Source: Octopus bimaculoides (taxonomy: Eukaryota). Taken from it: a stretch of DNA of 35,109 bases. A model generated the notes under the pieces. The model was not told the origin of the DNA. It was given only the letters and a program-made list of their open reading frames with translations, and made no database searches. Shown here piece after piece: positions 1-11,904 of this stretch. Made by a program: the position numbers and the translations under genes. Positions within the stretch are counted from its first letter, which is position 1; every line of letters starts with the position of its first letter. The stretch lies in contig NC_068984.1 of the NCBI RefSeq assembly GCF_001194135.2, forward strand, positions 95,052,487 to 95,087,595. Direction: 5' to 3'.

Positions 1-228
1 GTGGCACATAAAAGACACCATTTCGAGTGTGGCCGTTTTCGTGCGGGTGACACGTAAAAGCACCCACTACACTCTCAGAGTCGTTGGCGTTAGGAAGAGC
101 ATCAAGCTGTAGAAACTCTGCCAAATCAGATTGGAGCCTGGTGTAGCCATCTGGTTTCACCAGTCCTCAGTCAAATCGTCCAACCCATGCTAGCATGGAA
201 TGCAGACGTTAAACGACGACGATGATGA

Positions 229-232
<4 letters not shown>
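1..232 (+). mobile_element. 3' UTR/tail fragment of an RTE-type LINE or RTE-tailed SINE ending in (GAC/GAT)n
   Basis: Bases 1-60 (gtggcacataaaagacaccatttcgag...) resemble the reverse complement of the 3' UTR repeat units of the RTE copy at about 4510-4640. The tail cacccactacactctc...ttaggaagagcatc...ccaacccatgctagcatggaa recurs in diverged form at 24120-24298. The segment ends in a gacgacgatgatgatgat microsatellite tail, typical of RTE 3' ends. Confidence 0.75.
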
Positions 233-275
<43 letters not shown>

Positions 276-280
276 TATAT
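231..280. repeat. (AT)n(AC)n compound microsatellite
   Basis: Directly visible dinucleotide runs. Confidence 0.95.
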
Positions 281-1029
281 CCTTAGATATACATATCACC
301 AAATATACAAATATGTATATATATGCCCATCACGTGCATGAAAAATAAAAGAATAAAATATAGGTATGGGTAAATCTCTATGGACAAATACCATTGTACA
401 ATATTAATATATGGGTATAATAACAAGTGTATATGTAAACACACACAAACATACAGACATATGCTGGAAATTAATTAAAGGTAATAGTAGAAATGAGAAA
501 TCATGCAACAAAAAATCTGAAATGAGATAGGTGAACAGAGTTACATGTATAGTTATAGACGCATAAATTCATATGCACAATATGTATATGTAAGGTTGTT
601 GGACATGTTGAAAAACAAAACATGAAAACATATAGGTAGTAGGAGTTTGAAAGTAACATGGCATTCAGGTACAAAAGGTGTGGGGAGCATACTAATCTCA
701 GCCAGATCCCAACATTGCCACTTGGTAATTTAGAATCCAGAGTTAATAAAATTAGATGAAAAGTCTACAAGGAATCATAATTATGCTAAATAATGTTAAA
801 CAGATAAAGTACAGAACTTGAGGCAAGATTCCTTACAAAATTTTCAGTAAGTACAAGTAAATAGGAATTGACAGAAATTGCTTCACAAGAATAAGGGCTT
901 CTAGCAGATGAAAGTGCTGTGTAATCTGTGCATACATAAATTATCTAGAGAGGGAATGTGAATTTTTTTTTTAAGAAGTTACTGTTAACAACAAATGAGG
1001 TGCGATTAACTAGTAATGTTAAGTGAAAA

Positions 1030-1420
1030 TTAGGGTTTGTGGTGTGATTTATATTTACATCTCATAAATTCATCAAATATATTAAGAGAGTTGTCCTTAC
1101 TGTACATAATTTCTGCAATACATAATGAACACCTATTATTATAATCACTATAGGGTTTTGCATGTTGAGCAATTGGCCATTTGATATTGTAGTTAACTAA
1201 ATCCTTCTTCAATTTCTAAATAATTTTAGATAAAGATGTGCAAGCAGCCTAGATTTGAAATTACAAGTAGCACCTTTCCTTCACTAGATAACTCATTAGG
1301 AAATGTATACAAAGGTTACACAATACTTGCCTCATTTATTTCTAACCATCGCAAATTCTCTGCATCCAAGGCCCAAGTTGCATTACTATATATCATCATT
1401 CTTTTATTAGAATTAGAATT
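1030..1420 (-). mobile_element. Penelope-like element relic, GIY-YIG endonuclease C-terminal part (pseudogenised)
   Basis: Minus-strand translation gives TSLSKII*KLKKDLVNYNIKWPIAQHAKPYSDYNNRCSLCIAEI...SLNIFDEFMRCKYK. This matches the PLE endonuclease pattern TxLSKxIWxLK...W.I...A.PY...C.LC..E...LN...E...C and parallels the + strand PLE at 31200-31420. Confidence 0.75.
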
Positions 1421-2249
1421 ATGATTTTGATAGGTCTTTGAGTTTTCTTCTTTTTTTTTTGTATTCTGTCTGCAGGTTTTAATTCGAAGTTTTATTGGTT
1501 TGAGACATTCTGTTACACTAAAATAACTCACTGATCGTAAAAATCAAAATTTCTCTGGAACATGCTGTTTAATTTGCTCCAAAACTTTAACATCAGCCTC
1601 TTATCTCATTTACTTATTTCTCAGTAAATTTACACTCTGTGATTTCCTTCTTAAACTGAGAACCAAGATATGACTTCAGATCTAAATAATCCTGCACTGA
1701 ATCGTTTTCATTTAGCATTTTTTTCCTAGCATTATAATGATTGAGCTGAGTGAATCAATGTGATGCTGAAGGTCATTCAATAATTTAGCAGGGTTTTGAG
1801 TTTCTGCTTCAAATCTTTTGATAACTCTTTGAACATAGAAACAATTTACTTGAAAAAGAGTAGAAAAATGGTTTTTCTTGTAACAAAATTTTTCTACCTG
1901 AATTTTGAACAGAAAATTCCAAATTAAATTCTGATTTTGCTTCTATGTAAAAGCACTAACTTTAGCATTGAATTATGTGAGCATGTAACTCAGATTTTCA
2001 TACTGAAAATAGTAAAAAAGCACTAAAATGGCAATCCTGCACTGTGTGGAATTTCTACCAACACATGTTTTTCAAACCAAATATGGCCATTTTCTTGAGG
2101 GCATCTTCTTTTCTACTTTGCATAACTTTAATATTAGTTAAGTTTACTTTAACACCCTTCAATTCCAGTTTGCTTTTATGTTCAAAATTTCTTCTTCCAG
2201 TCTTCCATAAATTCTGATATTATAAGAACAAATACATCAGTATACACAG

Positions 2250-3650
2250 GTGTACCCACAGACAGCCAGTCTTTGTTATGACTTGGATGGCTATAATAAA
2301 CAGGAAAGGGCTCAGGATTGAGCCTTGATGGTTCTGTACCTGTCACAGTACTCATTGTTAATTCTCACCTTATTTACTACATCACTGTACATAGTTTGCA
2401 CAAACCATTCATCTACCTCTAGCTCTCTTAGAGAACTCCAGATAACAGAGTGAGAAATCCTGTCAAAAGTTTTCTCCAGGTTTACAAATGCTAGCTTTAG
2501 AGGCTTACTCTTAACTATTCTTCTGCAGTTTCTAGAGAAACAGCATCCATGGTACCTTCTTGATAACTCCTGTTCCTAATGAATTTTGCAATAATTTTTT
2601 CTGCAACTTTCATGACCTGGTCTATCAACTAGATGTCTCTGTAGATTCTCCTCTCTGGTGCATTTCCTTTACCTTTGTTTAAAGTTATGCTACTATGCCA
2701 GTTACCCTATCTCCAAAACTGCAATCAACTTGGATCTCTCTTTTGGGTCTATTTGAAGGAAACTTTCTTCCATATGTTCTCCATATTCAACAGCCTCTCA
2801 TAGTAGCAGTTCCATGCCTCTTTCTTCTTGTTGTCACTGAGAGCAACCTATATACACTTCTCTTTATCAAGTTAACAAGAGAGTACACTCTCTTGTTATT
2901 GTGCTGTCGAATACACTTCTTTTTGCTTCTCCTCTTGCTAAATATACCTGTTATTTAGCTTCCCTTCTAGCTATTTGATATTTTTCTTGGCTATCCTCTT
3001 CTCTTCTACCCAGGCCTATCTCTTATCATTTATAGTCTTATCTACAAACTATTCCACTATCATGTCATTTTTTTCCCGAGGTTGAGGCCATGCTCCAACC
3101 ACATATCCAGTCTATAGTTTTCAGTAGGTTGTCCCATAGAATTCTCAGTTTTCTCTATGAGTTTCTATTACTTCTTCTCATCAGATGCTTGGCAAAACAC
3201 TTCTATCACTTCCATATCTTCTTTCTCCAAACTGCCTTATTTGTCTAGGTTTATCTACTTCTAGTTCTGAAATAAGTTGTCACAAACCCAAGTTGGTTGG
3301 TACATTCTTTATCTAGGAAAGACTTAGCATCAGCCAGCTGTCTCCATTGGAGAGAATGAAATCTATCTGACTTAATTGATAGGCAGTCATATGGCTGGCT
3401 TGTTTTCTGAAGTTAGTATTCTAAATGCTTAGGTCATTTGCATTGCAGCATGTCACCAGCTGTAATAGTAATGTTGCTGTTATTCATCATTGAGAAGGGT
3501 CTCATAGAAGGGTCTCTGCAGAAGGGTCTCATAGAAATATTCCTGCTCATGTGCAGGGTCTCAGTGTGGTGCATACTGTTGTCAATAACTAACTTGAACT
3601 TGGTTATTCTATCACACACCCTAATTATTATTGCTCTATCCATCCACCTT
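2250..3650 (-). mobile_element. Old, degraded RTE-clade LINE (endonuclease C-terminus, linker, part of RT)
   Basis: Colinear nucleotide similarity to the younger RTE copy at 6040-7700. Minus-strand remnants include HQGSILSPFLFIIAIQVIT (RT) and DRITKFKLVIDN...ITAGD (APE endonuclease). Many stops and frameshifts. Confidence 0.75.
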
Positions 3651-4504
3651 CTTCAATCCTTCCATCCATCTCTTCTTCCCTCTCTCCCTTCATCCATCCC
3701 TCCATCATCCTCTCTCTGCTTAAGCAGTTTCGCTGTTACCTCATCTAGCTCTACCACTTTGTTGTTCTTCAGGTAATGCAACTTTGAATAGCCTCTCTTG
3801 ACATGTCCTCATTTGTCACCTCACCTACAGATGATCCACCAAAGGCTTCTCTTTGTTGAAGTTGAACAGGTCCACTGAGTTTGGCCAGTTCAGCTCTTCT
3901 TGAAAATGTTCCACCATTATGACTGATTGTTCCTCTCATTACTACCATTTGACCACATTTACCCTTAATTGGCCACATGAATTATTTATTCCAGTCAGCT
4001 CTTTCATGATTCTGTATGGACATGTAGCATCATTTCTCATTACCCTTCTCTTTGAGCCATATCTTCTTGTTTCACCTACAACTCTTTATCACACACATAT
4101 TAGAGTGTAAGTATGTATTGTCTTGTTTCCATGTGCATACATTCATCACTTTCTCCTTATGGGTTTTTACTTCCTTCCTCCTGTTGATCAGGTTCCATAA
4201 GGCTGTGGAAATGCTTCATTCTTGAATGTCTTCCCTTCCCTCATTGGCACCTGATATGCTGACCTCATGATCAGACCCTCTCATGAAGCTTCAAATTGTC
4301 CTTCAACATCTCAAGAAATCTGCATTATACCCTATAGTTTGTCTGCATTATACCCTATAGTAATGATTTAGGTCACTACCTACTACCAAATATGTCCATT
4401 TTAGTTGAGTTGATAAACCCTTTTTTCAAGATTAAAGAATTTTTTAATACAGGTTGCAAGGGGTATTTGGGGACACTTAATTATCGGTACATTACTTTCT
4501 TCTT

Positions 4505-7500
4505 CCTGATGTGCCACCTGCACAGGAGCCAGTCCAGTGACACTGGTAACAACCTTGCTCGAATGTTTTTTCATGTGCCACCGGCACAAGTGCCAGTAAG
4601 ATGACGCTGGTAACAATCATGCTCAAATGGTGCTATTTACATGCCACTGGTACAGAAGCCAGACAGCTGCTCTAGCAATGATCACACTCGGATGGTGCTG
4701 TTAGCGCTCCACTGGCACAGGTACCAGTCATCGAATTTNNNNNNNNNNGCTGTTAGCGCTCCACTGGCACAGGTACCAGTCATCGAATTTGGTTCAGTTA
4801 CGATTTCAATTTCACTTGCCCCAACAGGTCTTCGCAAGCTGAGTTGCGTGTCCAATGAAGGAGACGACATTGGCATGGGTGCCAGTCGTCGAATTTGGTT
4901 CGATTTTGATTTCACTTACCTCAACAGGTCTTTGCAAGCAGAGTTTAGTGTCCAATTAAGTAAAGGTACGAAAAAGTGGGCTACACCCCTGGCAGAGCCC
5001 ACGGATTATGGTCTCACTTGGCTTGCCGGGGCTTCTCACGCACTGCATATTTCCAAAGGTCTCGGTCACTAGTCATTGCCTTGGTGAGGCTTAATGTTCA
5101 AAGGTTGCGCTTCACCACCTCATCCCAGGTCTTCCTGGGTCTGCCTCTTCCACAGGTTCCCTCAACTGCTAGGGTGTGGCACTTTTTCACACAGCTATCC
5201 TCATCCATTCTCGCCACATGACCATACCAGCGCAATCGTCTTTCTTGCACACCACAACTGATGCTTCTTAGGCCAAACTTTTCTCTGAAGGTACTTACAC
5301 TCTGTCTTGTATGCACACTGACATTACACATCCATCGGAGCATATTGGCTTTGTTTCTTGCGAGCTTACACATGTCCTCAGCAGTCACAGCCCATGTTTC
5401 ACTGCCATGTAGCATGGCTGTTCGTACACATGCGTCATACAGTCTGCCTTTTACTCTCAACGAGAGGCCCTTTGTCACCAGCAGAGGTAAGAGCTCTCTA
5501 AACTTTGCCCAGGCTATTCTTATTCTAGCAGCTACACTTTCAGCGCACCCTCCCCCGCTACTGACTTGGTCACCTAGTTAACGGAAACTATCAACTACTT
5601 CTAGTTTTTCGCCCTGGAATGTGGTAAAAGTTGTTTTCTGCACATTTTCAGTGTTTATTGCTCCTGAACATCTGCCACTTACAAAAACTATCTTCCTAGT
5701 TAGCCTTCCTTTGATATTGCTGCACCTCTTATGTGTCCATAGCTTACACTGAGTAAATCTTATAGAATTTCTACCTACGCCTTTTCTACAGATCGAGCAG
5801 GGNNNNNNNNNNTATGTGTCCATAGCTTACACTGAGTAAATCTTATAGAATTTCTACCTACGCCTTTTCTACAGATCGAGCAGGGCCATCTACCTGAAGG
5901 GGTTTGTGTTTTGTCTACCTTCCTACTTAGCTAGGTTGACTCTAAGGCCCTTTGATTCTAGTCTTTGCTTCCACACCTGAAACTTCTCTTCTAGTCTGAT
6001 AGTGACTCAGCAATTAGGGCAAAGTCATCAGCATAGAGGATCTCCCAGGGACATCCTGTCTTGAATTCCTCTGTTATTGCCTGGAGGACTATGATAAAAA
6101 GGAGGGGGCTGAGGACTGAACCTTGGTGGACCCCTACCTCTACCCGGAATTCTTCACTATACTCATTGCCAACCCTCACCTTACTGACAGCGTCCCTGTA
6201 CATGACTCACACAGCTCTCACTAACCATTCATCTATCCCTAGTTTCCTCATTGACCACCAGGTGAGGGATCGGGGGACCCTGTCAAAGGTTTTCTCCATG
6301 TCGATGAAGGCGAGGTACAGAGGTTTATCTTTGGCTAGGTATTTCTCCTGCAGCTGTCTTACCAGAAATATAGCATCAGTGGTGCTTTTCCCAGGCATGA
6401 ACCCAAACTACATCTCATTTAGACTGACTCTCTGCCTAATTAGTTGGGCTATGACCCTCTCCGTGACTTTCATTACCTGATCCAACAACTTGATGCCTCT
6501 GTAATTATTTGTATCTAAAGCGTCACCTTTACCTTTGTAGCAGTTGACTATGGTGCTACTACACCACTTATTGGGTATGACTCCTTTGTGTATCACCTGG
6601 TTAACTATACGGGTGACTAGGCTATAGCCGACACTTCCAGATATTTTGAGCATCTCTGCAGTGATTCCTGATGGGCCAGGGGCTTTCCCTGTCTTCATAC
6701 TCTTAATTGCTTTATCTACCATGGTACTGTCAATTAGGATAGCTGGTCCCTCTGTTGGGTTGACATTTGGCAGACTCTCTTTCTCCCATTCATTCTCTTT
6801 ATTGAGCAACCTTTCATAGTGGCATCTCCAAACCTCTCTCTTTGCAGCCACGTTTAGTGCAAGTGAACCATCATCCATGTGGACACATTTCTCTCCTACG
6901 ACATCACTATTCTCTCTCACATACTGTCTTGCAACACGAAATACCTCAAGTCTCTGGTCCTCACGGCACAGAACATAGGCAAATTTTTTCTTATCTGCTT
7001 CCCCTCTGGCTAAATAAACCTGTCGCCTAGCTTCCCTTCTGGCAGTCTGATACAATTCCTTGCTACCACCGTTCTTCCAGTCCTTCCTACCACCGTTCTT
7101 CCAGTCCTTCCAAGCCTGTTTCTTTTGTCTAATAGCCCTGTCAACAACATTGTTCCACCACCACGTTATTTTGGGTCGTGAGGGGACTTTGCACCATCCA
7201 CAGATCTGGTCAATGGCCCTCAGCAGATTGTCCCGTAGAAACCTCCAGTTGTCTTCTACATCATGAGAAGCTATATCCCCTTCTATTTTGTCAAAGGCTT
7301 CGAGTAATATGTCTCTAAATCTCAGTACATTCGCAGGATCTTTAAGCTTCCAGACCCTTCTCCTCTATGCTGGTCGNNNNNNNNNNTCTAAATCTCAGTA
7401 CATTCGCAGGATCTTTAAGCTTCCAGACCCTTCTCCTCTATGCTGGTCGTCTTCTGGGCAACCACTTAGCCCTGATCCTGAAGTCACTAACTACTAGCCT

Positions 7501-7880
7501 ATGTTGTGGGGTACATTCTTCATCTGGGAAGGTTTTGGCATTTATAAGCAGCCATCTTTCCCTTTTTCTGGCGAGGATGTAGTCAATTTGGCTAGTGTGT
7601 CTGTCAGAATGGTAGGTGACTCGTTGACTGGCAGGTTTCCTGAAGTTAGTATTGCAAACCATAAGGTCATTTGCATCACAGAACTCCAGCAGCCTGGTTC
7701 CCTCTTTATTGCGGGAACCAAACCCATAGCCTCCATGTATGCTATGGAAGCCCCCTGTGTGTTGTCCAACATATCCATTGAAGTCACCAGCCACAAAGAG
7801 AAGGTCTCTGTCATTCGCCAACAAGGTAGTCTGCAAGAGGGTATCATAAAATCGGTCTTTCTGTCCATAACAAAATTTTC
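4505..7880 (-). mobile_element. RTE-clade LINE: APE endonuclease part + reverse transcriptase + C-terminal domain + repetitive 3' UTR; disrupted, runs into an assembly gap
   Basis: ORF fragments show endonuclease motifs (FVAGDFNGYVG, SQIDYIL, PQHRLVVSDF), RT motifs (KAPGPSG, NYRGIKLL, YLAFIDMEKTFDRV, GVHQGSVLSPLLF, LYADDFALI) and the RTE C-terminus (RLRWYGHVARM, GRGRPRKTWDEVV). Stops and frameshifts split the ORF. Confidence 0.95.
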
Positions 7881-8267
7881 NNNNNNNNNNNNNNNNNNNN
7901 NNNNNNNNNNNNNNNNNNNNNNNNNNNNNNNNNNNNNNNNNNNNNNNNNNNNNNNNNNNNNNNNNNNNNNNNNNNNNNNNNNNNNNNNNNNNNNNNNNNN
8001 NNNNNNNNNNNNNNNNNNNNNNNNNNNNNNNNNNNNNNNNNNNNNNNNNNNNNNNNNNNNNNNNNNNNNNNNNNNNNNNNNNNNNNNNNNNNNNNNNNNN
8101 NNNNNNNNNNNNNNNNNNNNNNNNNNNNNNNNNNNNNNNNNNNNNNNNNNNNNNNNNNNNNNNNNNNNNNNNNNNNNNNNNNNNNNNNNNNNNNNNNNNN
8201 NNNNNNNNNNNNNNNNNNNNNNNNNNNNNNNNNNNNNNNNNNNNNNNNNNNNNNNNNNNNNNNNNNN
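7881..8267. other. Assembly gap (N run)
   Basis: Run of N. Other gaps are at 4739-4748, 5803-5812, 7377-7386 and within 32537-32628. Confidence 0.99.
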
Positions 8268-8899
8268 GTTTGTATGAAAATGTTTCGAAAACTCTTTTTT
8301 TTAGACCTCACTCCCTCATCATCCCACTCCAGACCTATTTTGGCAAATTTTTTTTTCACTTCAAAACTATGGGAAGAGCATTTTCAGTAAAAAAAAATTG
8401 CTAATATTTTCAGAGGGAAAAGTGATTTTAAGGGTGATTTGGCTGTTGTTTGTAGCACATCCAAAGACAACTCTCCTCATTTCTTTATCACTCTCACATG
8501 TACTGATGTTTTCCAATATTTTCCCCCCATAAATACATTTATATGCTATAAAAAAGAAAATTTGAGAAATTATGAAGTTTTTGCAACCCCAATCCCTGCC
8601 CCTGGTTGTTTCTGTTTAGAAATGAAAATATTGGAGAGCTTGAGGAGGTCATTGCTGGTATTTATCAACAGTGATGTAAAAAAAATTACAGAGATACATC
8701 TGCATAGCAAGTGACTTGATCTGAGATCGTGTGCTGAAACAAAAGCAATTGCAGCATGGAAGATGTTTGTAAACCATTCAAGAACACAAATACCATTAGT
8801 TTCACTTCAACATTAAAACTATTTTCGTCGCTTTGAAACCGCAACCTGTTCACTGACAAAACTTCACAAAAGTGATGCAGCATGAGGTTTTGTCAGTGA

Positions 8900-8903
<4 letters not shown>

Positions 8904-8938
<35 letters not shown>

Positions 8939-8990
8939 ACACACACACAGAGACACACACACACACACACACACATACACACACACATCA
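8904..8990. repeat. (CA)n microsatellite
   Basis: Directly visible. Confidence 0.95.
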
Positions 8991-9534
8991 CCTTTCATTT
9001 GTGTGTATGTGTATCTAAGTGTGTATTGGTATGTGTGTGTGCGTGTCACTGTTGAAGTTGTTTGTACTTGTTAGTAACTCTTTGTTTTGTTTTTCTTTGT
9101 CTTCTAATAGTAATTACCCAATATTCTAGGCTCTTCTCACAGCTATCCCATGTTCAAAAATTATACAGGTATTTAAAAAAATTTTCATTCAATAAATAAT
9201 GTTTTTACATTACATATACATTAATAGCGAATTAAAACTTAAAAGAGAAAGTGAGACTTTGCAAATGAAAATGGAATACTCTACAGTGAATGCAATGAAT
9301 ATTTAAATTCATGAAGAATTGGACGCAGTGAATATTTAAATTTGCAAGAAATTGGAGTTTAAAAAATTCAATAAACTTGAGGAATCAAAATTATAGGAAA
9401 TTTCTTAAAACATGAATTTATAAAAATATTTCCAGACAGTCAACTCTTTAATAATTGCTTTCTTTTAGTAATTTTTACATACCTTATTAATAAGCAGCTT
9501 TCTCCATTATAGTATAGATGACTCTGGAAAATCA

Positions 9535-10190
9535 ATGAGGGCCATTGCCAAAAAACTTTGGAGTGAACTATCAGAAGTGTGGTGCACAAGAACATTCAAT
9601 ATAAGTCATGTACTGAGGAAAGGCCAATTTGTGTTTGCAAAAACACAGGGAAACCATTTGACCTATGTTAAGTACTTACTTAAGAAAGTTAAAAGCCTTC
9701 ACAGACATGGCATACTTTGACCAAGACCATATGTCTAACTAAAGAAATGACAGATGGTTATATGCAGATCATTCTGATATCCTCAGAGTGATGCGCACTT
9801 AGTTTCCAGGGTCTTAAAATTGATGCTGCTGAATATGCTGAGGTGCTTGAGACAGTTAAGACCAAGATGGATGAAGTACACAGTGGAAGGCCATGTGTTT
9901 CAACAAGACTCAGTGCCTTCTTACAATGCCTACATAACCCAAGAATGGATGTCAGACAACATTTATGATTTTGTAGCCTCCAAACTCACCAGATTTCATT
10001 TCCATAGACTACTGCAGTTAGAGTATTTTTGAATGGGAAACTAATCAACATCTTCACAATACTTCACTGAACATTAGCATTGTCCAGCTGATGTCCAAAA
10101 TGAATTAGGACTGTCTGGTGCAGACATATCAACAATTTTAATCCTGCATTGGCAGTCATCGAAGTTGAAGGCAGATTCATAGAATAATTT
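9535..10190 (+). mobile_element. Tc1/mariner-superfamily transposase relic, maT/DD37D-like
   Basis: Remnant motifs in order: DQ...N.RNDRWL (about 9718-9760), VFQQDSVPSYNAYITQEWMSDNIYDF (9895-9972) and PNSPDF...IDY (about 9980-10012). These match the maT pattern FQQDSAPAH...TQEW...WPPxSPDLNPLDY. Multiple stops and deletions; no TIRs identified. Confidence 0.75.
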
Positions 10191-11715
10191 TATGAAAAAG
10201 CTTGTTGAGGACTTGTACATAAATTTTTTCAAAGTACATTTGATTTGTACTAGATTAGAGTTGTTTTATCAAATTACTAAATATGTCTTCACATACTTTT
10301 TACGCCTTATATTACACAGTCTTAGCCTTACAAAATTTATTAAAAACACATTTTTTATATGAAAGAGAAATACAATCAAAAATTCAATTTGGTATCTGTG
10401 AAATTGGAAATTTTAACACTTACTTCAATTTATGTTTATTTGAAGCCAGAGATGTAAAAATGTACTGATGTAGTGATGACTGGGTATGATGTTGGGTATT
10501 CTAGTAATAGATCACTCTTTAACTGAGTTTGCTTCAGGCAGTTCATATATAGTACTTGGAAATCCTACTGCACAACTTGAATTATCCTGAAAAGAGTATT
10601 TGAAGAAGCTCTGAAACTGCATTGTGGTGAATAAATACATGTAACTTATTTCTATGGGATCTTAGAATTAATGCTGCTGAATATGCTGTAACTTATTGGT
10701 GGGATTTTGTAGACCTTGTATTATGGCTCTTTGCAAATAAGGGACAGTTGGTGATGAACTGGACATGTTGGTGGCTCTGGAAAAGGTCACTACCCTTTTA
10801 TGTCATTAAAAACCACACATAATTAATCATTCTACCAGTAATTAACCTAGCTGGTTGTAATTCTATAATAATCTAGAAATTAAAACATATAACACTGCAT
10901 GGCTTGATGTTTATTTGTAAATGTTTTCTATGTAAGACATGTTAGGGTTGCAATCATATATTGGAGGAGTACTTTTGATTTATAAGTAAATCCTTTCTCC
11001 CATCTGTAACCACTCGATCACAGAGTGAGAGCAGTTCTTTTCAGTTTGACTGACAGAGTTCAAGATTTGGACTGGGAATTCAACAGAGAAAAGTGGTGGT
11101 AATTACCTAAAAAGGTCATATTCAAAAGGAAGAGGTACTCCAATGGAGGTGAGCAGAGATTTCTGAGAAATAGTTTACCATTTAAATTTGTGCATCTAAT
11201 GAACATGTTCTTAAGTTTTGTCATGTTTTTACGCCTTTGTTTGGGACCATTGGGGTATGCATAAAGAAGTTGTCAACATAAAACTTTATTTTGGCAAAGT
11301 TTTATGTTTGAATGCTTGTAGATGGCTTATCTGTCTCTGTGTTTCTGTTACAGTGCTGTATATTGTTAGTATTGGTGTTGAGTAATCCAAGTTAAATTTT
11401 ACCAAGCAGATTAGTATGGATGTAGAAATTTGAATGCTCAAGAGAACCTACTACTCTATCTTATTATTTTATGCTCCAATTTGTTCTGGGTTCCCCTGCA
11501 CAATCAATGGTGTATGTAAAGTACAGTTTGTTCAGTAGGGAATGTCTATGAGCCGTTTACTATATTGTTATTATTTAATCCCAGGTCAGCTCTGGGATGA
11601 CCTGGGATTGATGAAAGATATTTTAACTGTGATTAAAATCATCAACATTGTAAAAAAATATTTAAAAAAAAGAAAAGTACTGAAATTGAAATCTTACTTT
11701 TTAAGTTATTGATTT

Positions 11716-11735
11716 TACTTCCTGTTATTTTACAG
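11716..11735 (+). promoter_or_regulatory. Candidate 3' splice acceptor opening the large zinc-finger exon
   Basis: Pyrimidine tract ttacttcctgttattttacAG at 11735. An in-frame TAA at 11887-11889 means the ORF cannot extend upstream of 11890 without splicing. Alternative AGs lie at 11813 and 11904. Confidence 0.55.
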
Positions 11736-11904
11736 ATTTTCCTGCAAATGTGACCATTCCTGATGTACTTTACCTGAGTTGGACTTGTTCTGATTGGATG
11801 TTATACTTTACAGAAACATACATGGCACCAATAGTGAGGTGTCCATGTATGTTACTTGCAGCTCAGGATTTTGTTGCAAGCTTAACTAAGCTTCTTCTGA
11901 TAAG

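Noticed and set aside
3769-4330. Short ORFs and purine/pyrimidine-skewed sequence between the two minus-strand RTE copies
   Set aside because: No recognisable domain motif; probably old TE debris, but I cannot assign a family.
7063-7110. 24-bp in-frame tandem duplication in the RTE ORF
   Set aside because: Simple slippage within a dead LINE; no functional implication.
4697-7450. Exact 42-, 73- and 64-bp duplications flanking the 10-N gaps (4697-4738/4749-4790, 5730-5802/5813-5885, 7313-7376/7387-7450)
   Set aside because: Identical copies on both sides of fixed 10-N spacers indicate unmerged contig overlaps (assembly artefact), not biological repeats.
10660-10688. 29-bp near-match to 9812-9840 (tctta.aatt.atgctgctgaatatgctg)
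   Set aside because: Most likely a small second fragment of the same maT-like element; too short to interpret.
11581-11607. 9-bp hairpin cccaggtca...tgacctggg upstream of the splice acceptor
   Set aside because: Short, probably within a SINE-like remnant; could arise by chance.
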